The position numbers and the translations under genes were made by a program. Shown here in pieces: positions 58,301 to 64,000 of a DNA stretch of 64,000 bases; the stretch's first letter is position 1, and every line of letters starts with the position of its first letter. The stretch comes from Squalus acanthias. Lineage: Eukaryota. The notes beneath the pieces were generated by a model. The model saw nothing but the letters and a program-made list of their open reading frames with translations. It made no database searches and was not told the origin of the DNA. The stretch is taken from NCBI GenBank assembly GCA_030390025.1, contig CM059443.1, forward strand, positions 38,750,001-38,814,000, written 5' to 3'.

Positions 58301-61300
58301 CTGCCCTGTGAGTGTTTGATGGGACAGTGTAGAGGGTGCTTTACTCTGTACCTAACCCGTGCTGTACCTGCCCTGGGAGTGTTTGATGGGATAGTGTAGC
58401 GGGAGCTTTACTCTTTATCTAACCCGTGCTCTACCTGCCCTGGGAGTGTTTGATGGGACAGTGTAGAGGGAGCTTTACTCTGTATCTAACCCATGCTGTA
58501 TCTGCCCCGGGAGTGTTTGATGGGACAGTGTGGAGGGAGCTTTACTCTGTATCTAACCCCGTGCTGTACCTGCCCTGGGTGTGTTTGATGGGACAGTGTA
58601 GAGGGAGCTTTACTCTGTATCTAACCCGTGCTGTACCTGCCCTGGGAGTGTTTGACGGGACAGTGTAGAGGGAGCTTTACTCTGTATCTAACCCGTGCTG
58701 TACCTGTAGTGGGAGTGTTTGAAAGGACAGTGTAGAGGGAGCTTTACTCTTTATCTAACCCGTGCTGTACCTCCCCTGGGAGTGTTTGACGGGACAGTGT
58801 AGAGGGAGCTTTACTCTGTATCTAACCTGTGCTGTACCTCCCCTGGGAGTGTTTGATGGGACAGTGTAGAGGGAGCTTTACTCTGTGTCTAACCCGTGCT
58901 GTACCTGCCCTGGGAGTGTTTGATGGGACAGTGTAGAGGGAGCTTTACTGTGTATCTAACCCGCGCTCTAACTGCCTGGGAGTGTTTGATGGGACAGTGT
59001 AGAGGGAGCATTACTCTGTATCTAACCCGTGCTGTACCTGCCCTGGGATTGTTTGATTTTGTCCACCCCAGTCCAACACCGGCATCTCCGCATCATTGTT
59101 TGAAAGAGCAGTGTAGAGGCAGTTTTACTCTGTATCTAACCCGTGCTGTACCTGCCCTGGGAGAATTTGGTGGGACAGTGTAGAGGGAGATTTACTTTGT
59201 ATCTAAACTGTGCTCTACCTGCCCTGGGAGTGTTTGAGGGGACAGTGTAGAGGGAGCGTTACACTGTATCTAACCCGTGCTGTAGCTGCCCTGGGAGTGT
59301 TTGATGGGACAGTGTAGAGGGAGCTTTACTCTGTATCTAACCCATGCTGTACCTGCCCTGGGAGTGTTTGACGGGACAGTGTAGAGGGAGATTTACTCTG
59401 TATCTAACCCGTGCTGTACCTGCCCTGGGAGTGTTTGATGGGACAGTGTAGAGGGAGCTTTACTCTGTATCTAACCTGTGCTGTACCTGCCCTGGGAGTG
59501 TTTGACGGGACAGTGTAGAGGGAGCATTACACTGTATCTAACCCGTGCTGTACCTGCCCTGGGATTGTTTGAAAGCAAACACGGAAGGCAAACACGGGAC
59601 ACAACCAACAGGGTACCCTACGTCGTCCAGTACTTCCCCGGAGCGGAGAAACTACGCCATGTTCTTCGCATCCTTCAACATGTCATCGATGACGACAAAC
59701 ACCTCGCTAAGGCCATCCCCACGCCTCCACTACTTGCCTTCAAACAGCCGCCTAACCTCAGAAGTACCATCGTTCGCAGCAAATTACCCAGCTTTCAGGA
59801 TAACAGCGACCACGACACCACACAACCCTGCCACGGCAAACTCTGCAAGACATGCCAGATCATCAACACAGATACCATCATCACACGTGAGGACACTACC
59901 CACCAGGTACATGCTACATACTCATGTGACTCGGCCAACGTTGTCTACCTCATACGTTGCAGGAAAGAATGCACCGCGGCATGGTACATCGGCGAGACCA
60001 TGCAGACACTGAGACAACGTATGAACGAGCACCGCGCAACAATCGCCAGGCAGGATTGTTACCTCCCAGTCGGGGAACACTTCAGCAGTCAAGGACATTC
60101 AGCCTCGGATCTGCGGGTAAGCGTTCTCCAAGGCGGCCTTAGGAAAACACGACAACGCAAAATCATTGAGCAGAAACTGATAGCCAAGTTCCGCACTCAT
60201 GAAGACGGTCTCAATCGGGATCTTGGGTTTATGTCACGATACATGACGTGATCCGGACTCGTGTCGTCGTTGGCTTGTTCACAGATGTGATTCCCAGTAA
60301 AAAAGTAAAAATTTTAAAGTTAATCGTTTTACATACAGACGGCAGCTTTTGACACGTTAGACCCCATGCGACTCCACCTCATTGTCTCAGTTGTATCTTG
60401 CTATGTCTTTGATGTGGTACTTTCCTGGCTGACCTGATTAACTTTATCACACCTCGGCAGATAAACAGTCAGGATGATTGAATTTAGATGTCTGCAATTG
60501 TAAGTTACACATGCATTGTTCTCTATCTATATATGCTTTGACGATTCTGTATCTCCTCACTTCACCCGACGAAGGAGTTGTAACTCCGAAAGTTTTTGAT
60601 TTAAAATAAAACTGTTGGACTATAACCTGGTGTTGTGCGACCTCTCAATATTGTTTGAAAGGGCAGTGTAGAGGAAGTTTTACTCTGTATCTAACCCGTG
60701 CTGTACCTGCCCTGGGAGTGTTTGATGGGCCAGTGTAGAGGGAGCTTTACTCTGTATCTAACCTGTGCAGTACCTGCCCTGGGAGTGTTTGATGGGACAG
60801 TGTAGAGGGAGCTTTACTCTGTATCTAACCCGTGCTATACCTGCCCCGTGATTGTTTGGTGCGCCAGTGTAGAGGGAGATTTACTGTGTATCTAACCCGT
60901 GCTGTACCTGCAGTGGGGGTGTTTGAAAGGACAATGTAGAGGGAGCTTTACTCTGTATCTAACCCATGCTGTACCTGCCCTGGGAGTGTTTGACGGGACA
61001 GTGCAGAGGGAGCTTTACTCTGTATCTAACCCGTGCTGTACCTGCCCTGGGAGTGTTTGATGGGACAGTGTAGAGGGAGCTTTACTCTGTATCTAACCTG
61101 TGCTGTACCTGCCCTGGGAGTGTTTGACGGGACAGTGTAGAAGGAGCTTTACTGTGTATCTAACCCATGCTGTACCTGCAGTGGGGGTGTTTGAAAGGAC
61201 AATGTAGAGGGAGCTTTACTCTGTATTTAATCTGTGCTGTACCTCCCCTCGGAGTGTTTGTGGGACAGTGTAGAGGGAGCTTTACTCTGTATTTAATCTG

Positions 61301-62253
61301 TGCTGTACCTCCCCTCGGAGTGTTTGTGGGACAGTGTAGAGGGAGCTTTACTCTATATCTAACCAGTGCTCTACCTGCCCTGGGAGTGTTTGATGGGACA
61401 GTGTAGAGGGAGCTTTACTCTGCATCTAACCCATGCTGTAGCTGCCCTGGGAGTGATTGATGGGACAGTGTAGCGGGAGCTTTACTCTGTATCTAACCCT
61501 TGCTGTAGCTGCCCTGGGAGTGTTTGACGGGACAGTTTAGAGGGAGCTTTACTCTGTATCTAACCCGTGCTCTACCTGCCCTGGGAGTGTTTGATGGGAC
61601 AGTGTAGAGGGAGATTTGCACTGTATCTAACCCGTGCTGTACCTGGCCTGGGAGTGTCTGATGGAACAGTGTAGATGGAGATTTACTCTGTATCTAACCC
61701 GTGCTGTACCTGCCCTGGGAGTGTTTGATGGGACAGTGTAGAGGGAGCTTTACTCTGTATCTAACCTGTGCTCTATCTGCACTGGGAGTGTTTGATGGGA
61801 CAGTGTAGAGGGAGCTTTACTCTGTATCTAACCCGTGCTCTATCTGCACTGGGAGTGTTTGATGGGACAGTGTAGAGGGAGCTTTACTCTGTATCTAACC
61901 CATGCTGTACCTGCCCTGGGAGTGTTTGACGGAACAGTGTAGAGGGAGCTTTGCTCTGTATCGAACCCGTGCTGTACCTTCCCTGGGAGTGTTTGATGGG
62001 ACAGTGGAGAGGGAGCTTTACTCTGTATCTAACCCGTGCTGTACCTGCCCTGGGAGTGTTTGATGGGACAGTTTAGAGGGAGCTTTACTCTATATCTAAT
62101 CCGTGCTCTACCTGCCCTGGGAGTGTTTGATGGGACAGTGTAGAGGGAGCTTTACTCTGTATCTAACCCGTGCTGTACCTGCCCTGGGAGTGTTTGACGA
62201 ACAGTGTAGAGGGAGCTTTACTCTGTATCTAACCTGCCCAGAGAGTGTTTGAT
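58301..62253. repeat. 67-bp satellite array (opposite orientation to 24010-24557), interrupted by Penelope pieces
   Basis: Monomer CTGCCCTGGGAGTGTTTGATGGGACAGTGTAGAGGGAGCTTTACTCTGTATCTAACCCGTGCTGTAC. Confidence 0.96.
59575..60649 (+). mobile_element. Penelope-like element 3' part (Cys-rich linker plus GIY-YIG endonuclease, stop at 60251; terminal repeat with degenerate hammerhead)
   Basis: PCHGKLCKTC...CDSANVVYLIRC...WYIGETMQTLRQRMNEH...EQKLIAKFRTHEDGLNRD. Flanked by ATTGTTTGAAA direct repeats. Confidence 0.92.
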
Positions 62254-62797
62254 GTTTTCTCGGTTAATATCTGGGAGAAAGGGAAAGTCCTCTGAGGCAG
62301 TCCTACGCAGAGCTGCAGGCTGAACACTGTGGGGCCGAAGATGGCAGCAGAGGTTTCTGGGAGCGGAATGGGGATCGAATCCTCCAAAGCCATGTTGGCC
62401 GGCTTCAGAATGACCCCCCTGATCACCCCTCCCCCCTCCATTGGCTCCGGCACTGGGCAGGCAGCAGGGACGCCACAGTTGGCAAAGTAAATAAGCCAGA
62501 CCTCCTGCTCCTGGGGTAGATTTTAACTGTCGGGCAGGGGTCGGGTGCGACAGGCAGGCTGGTGTGCCCGAACCGTCGCGTGGGAAGCCTGGCCTTCGAC
62601 ATACTGGTGCGGAGCAGCCAACCCCAAACAGGCGGCACAATGCAGTTCGTCCGCTCTGGACTGGCACAATGGAGGGAGGTTCAGGGATGAGGGCGTTAGA
62701 GTCATGAGAGGCACTGCATCACTGCAAGTTCTGTCTTTCTTTCTTTCTCTCTTTCTTTCTTCTTCTTTTCTCTCTTTTTCTTTCTTCTTCTCCCTTC

Positions 62798-63048
62798 NNN
62801 NNNNNNNNNNNNNNNNNNNNNNNNNNNNNNNNNNNNNNNNNNNNNNNNNNNNNNNNNNNNNNNNNNNNNNNNNNNNNNNNNNNNNNNNNNNNNNNNNNNN
62901 NNNNNNNNNNNNNNNNNNNNNNNNNNNNNNNNNNNNNNNNNNNNNNNNNNNNNNNNNNNNNNNNNNNNNNNNNNNNNNNNNNNNNNNNNNNNNNNNNNNN
63001 NNNNNNNNNNNNNNNNNNNNNNNNNNNNNNNNNNNNNNNNNNNNNNNN
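62798..63048. other. Assembly gap (N run) next to a TC-rich microsatellite
   Basis: Ns in the sequence. Confidence 1.
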
Positions 63049-63933
63049 AATTCAGTGTCGCCCCATTTGAGGCGCAATTATCGGCCGGGCGCAAAGATTA
63101 GCCCCTGCCGCTAATTATCGCCTCCGACTGCAAACTTCACTTCTATCGCCCCTGGTGGTGATTGGAGCGCTAAATCAGGCGCTTCACACCTGTCTTAAGG
63201 TGCTAACGCCAAGGAGCGAGGCGCTACCTCAGAGTGCTGGCGAAGCTCATGTGATGTCAGTCAGCAATGGAACACAGACACAATGGCGCAGGCCAGTTCT
63301 TAAAGGGGAGGGTTGATCTTGCTCTCCATCCACATCCTGCTCATTGCAGCCTTGAATCTCTGCCTGGAGAGACCTGTACATCAAATCTGCTGGAAAGAAC
63401 AATGGAGAGTACCAGGGAAAGAGCTCAGAGTGCAGCCCCCACAGTCTCTTCTAAATCGATACAAGGAAGGGCAAATCAAAATGAACCTGCAAAGTGCTGC
63501 TCAGTACCCAAAACTCCTTCACACAGCGTTGAATCTCTCCAGAAGTCTCTCTCTTTCTCTCTCTCAGAATGCGTGGGGCAAAAATGTTACCAACAAAAAA
63601 AGGCAGGAAGCGGTCGCCTTTAAATAGCGCTCCCCCAGTCCCTTCCTGACTGCAAAACGCTCCCCTCAACCTGTCGTTGCTAGTGGCAGGCAGTAAGGCA
63701 GGGGGCGCCACTCAATATCCGCTCCGGGGCGCTACCGGGGCGTTACGCACTCAACTGACGTCACGATCTGCCGGCGCAGGAGATCGTGGCGGTAGTGTTG
63801 AGCGCCGCCGCAAAATGTCTAGTTAATTTCGTGAGCGGTGCAAACATCGCCGCGCCCAGGCGTTAGATGCTTTGCGCCCCATTAGCGCCCTCTTAAGGAG
63901 CTAACGGGAGGCGCAACCAACTGAATTTTTCCC
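63049..63933. mobile_element. Probable Harbinger-like non-autonomous DNA transposon; left end lies in the gap
   Basis: AATTCAGT at the gap edge versus ACTGAATTTTTCCC at about 63920 (inverted); GC-rich subterminal ggcgc motifs. Confidence 0.5.
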
Positions 63934-64000
63934 TCTTTCTTTCTTCTTTCTTTTTTTTTCTTTCTTTCTTCCTCTTTCTTTCTTCTTCTTCTTTCTTTCT

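Noticed and set aside
62255-62730. GC-rich unique segment with several short ORFs before the gap
   Set aside because: No recognisable protein or element motif; cannot be classified without a search.

Overview
Repeat-rich vertebrate genomic DNA, most likely from a cartilaginous fish (inferred from SacSINE1-like Deu-SINEs and the CR1, L2, RTE and Penelope content). 4.7-19.9 kb: the 3' part of a VCAM-1-like Ig-superfamily gene on the + strand, with one VCAM D2-like exon, three I-set exons (the last two a near-identical tandem duplicate) and a TM/cytoplasmic exon. The large ORFs at 1-4.3 kb and 26.1-36.5 kb are minisatellite/satellite artefacts. The main accessory feature is a young, full-length 12.7-kb endogenous retrovirus-like provirus (38842-51507). 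It has 1.69-kb TG..CA LTRs about 99.5% identical, a 4-bp ATTG target-site duplication (TSD) and a tRNA-Arg PBS that overlaps the gag ATG. Gag carries overlapping PSAP/PPxY late domains and a CCHC knuckle. Pol is in frame behind a UGA-CUAG readthrough stop and has PR, RT, a degenerate RNase H tether, RNase H, IN and a long acidic tail. Env looks like a paramyxo/pneumovirus-F-type class I fusogen (lokiretrovirus-like) with an apparent immunoglobulin domain after its signal peptide; an extra A in an A7 run separates its TM anchor. Also present: minimal hammerhead ribozymes in Penelope repeats, RTE LINEs with 59- and 90-bp TSDs, MITEs, SINE-internal 33-bp minisatellite expansions, a 67-bp satellite and an assembly gap. 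All calls are from manual reading; no database searches were run.
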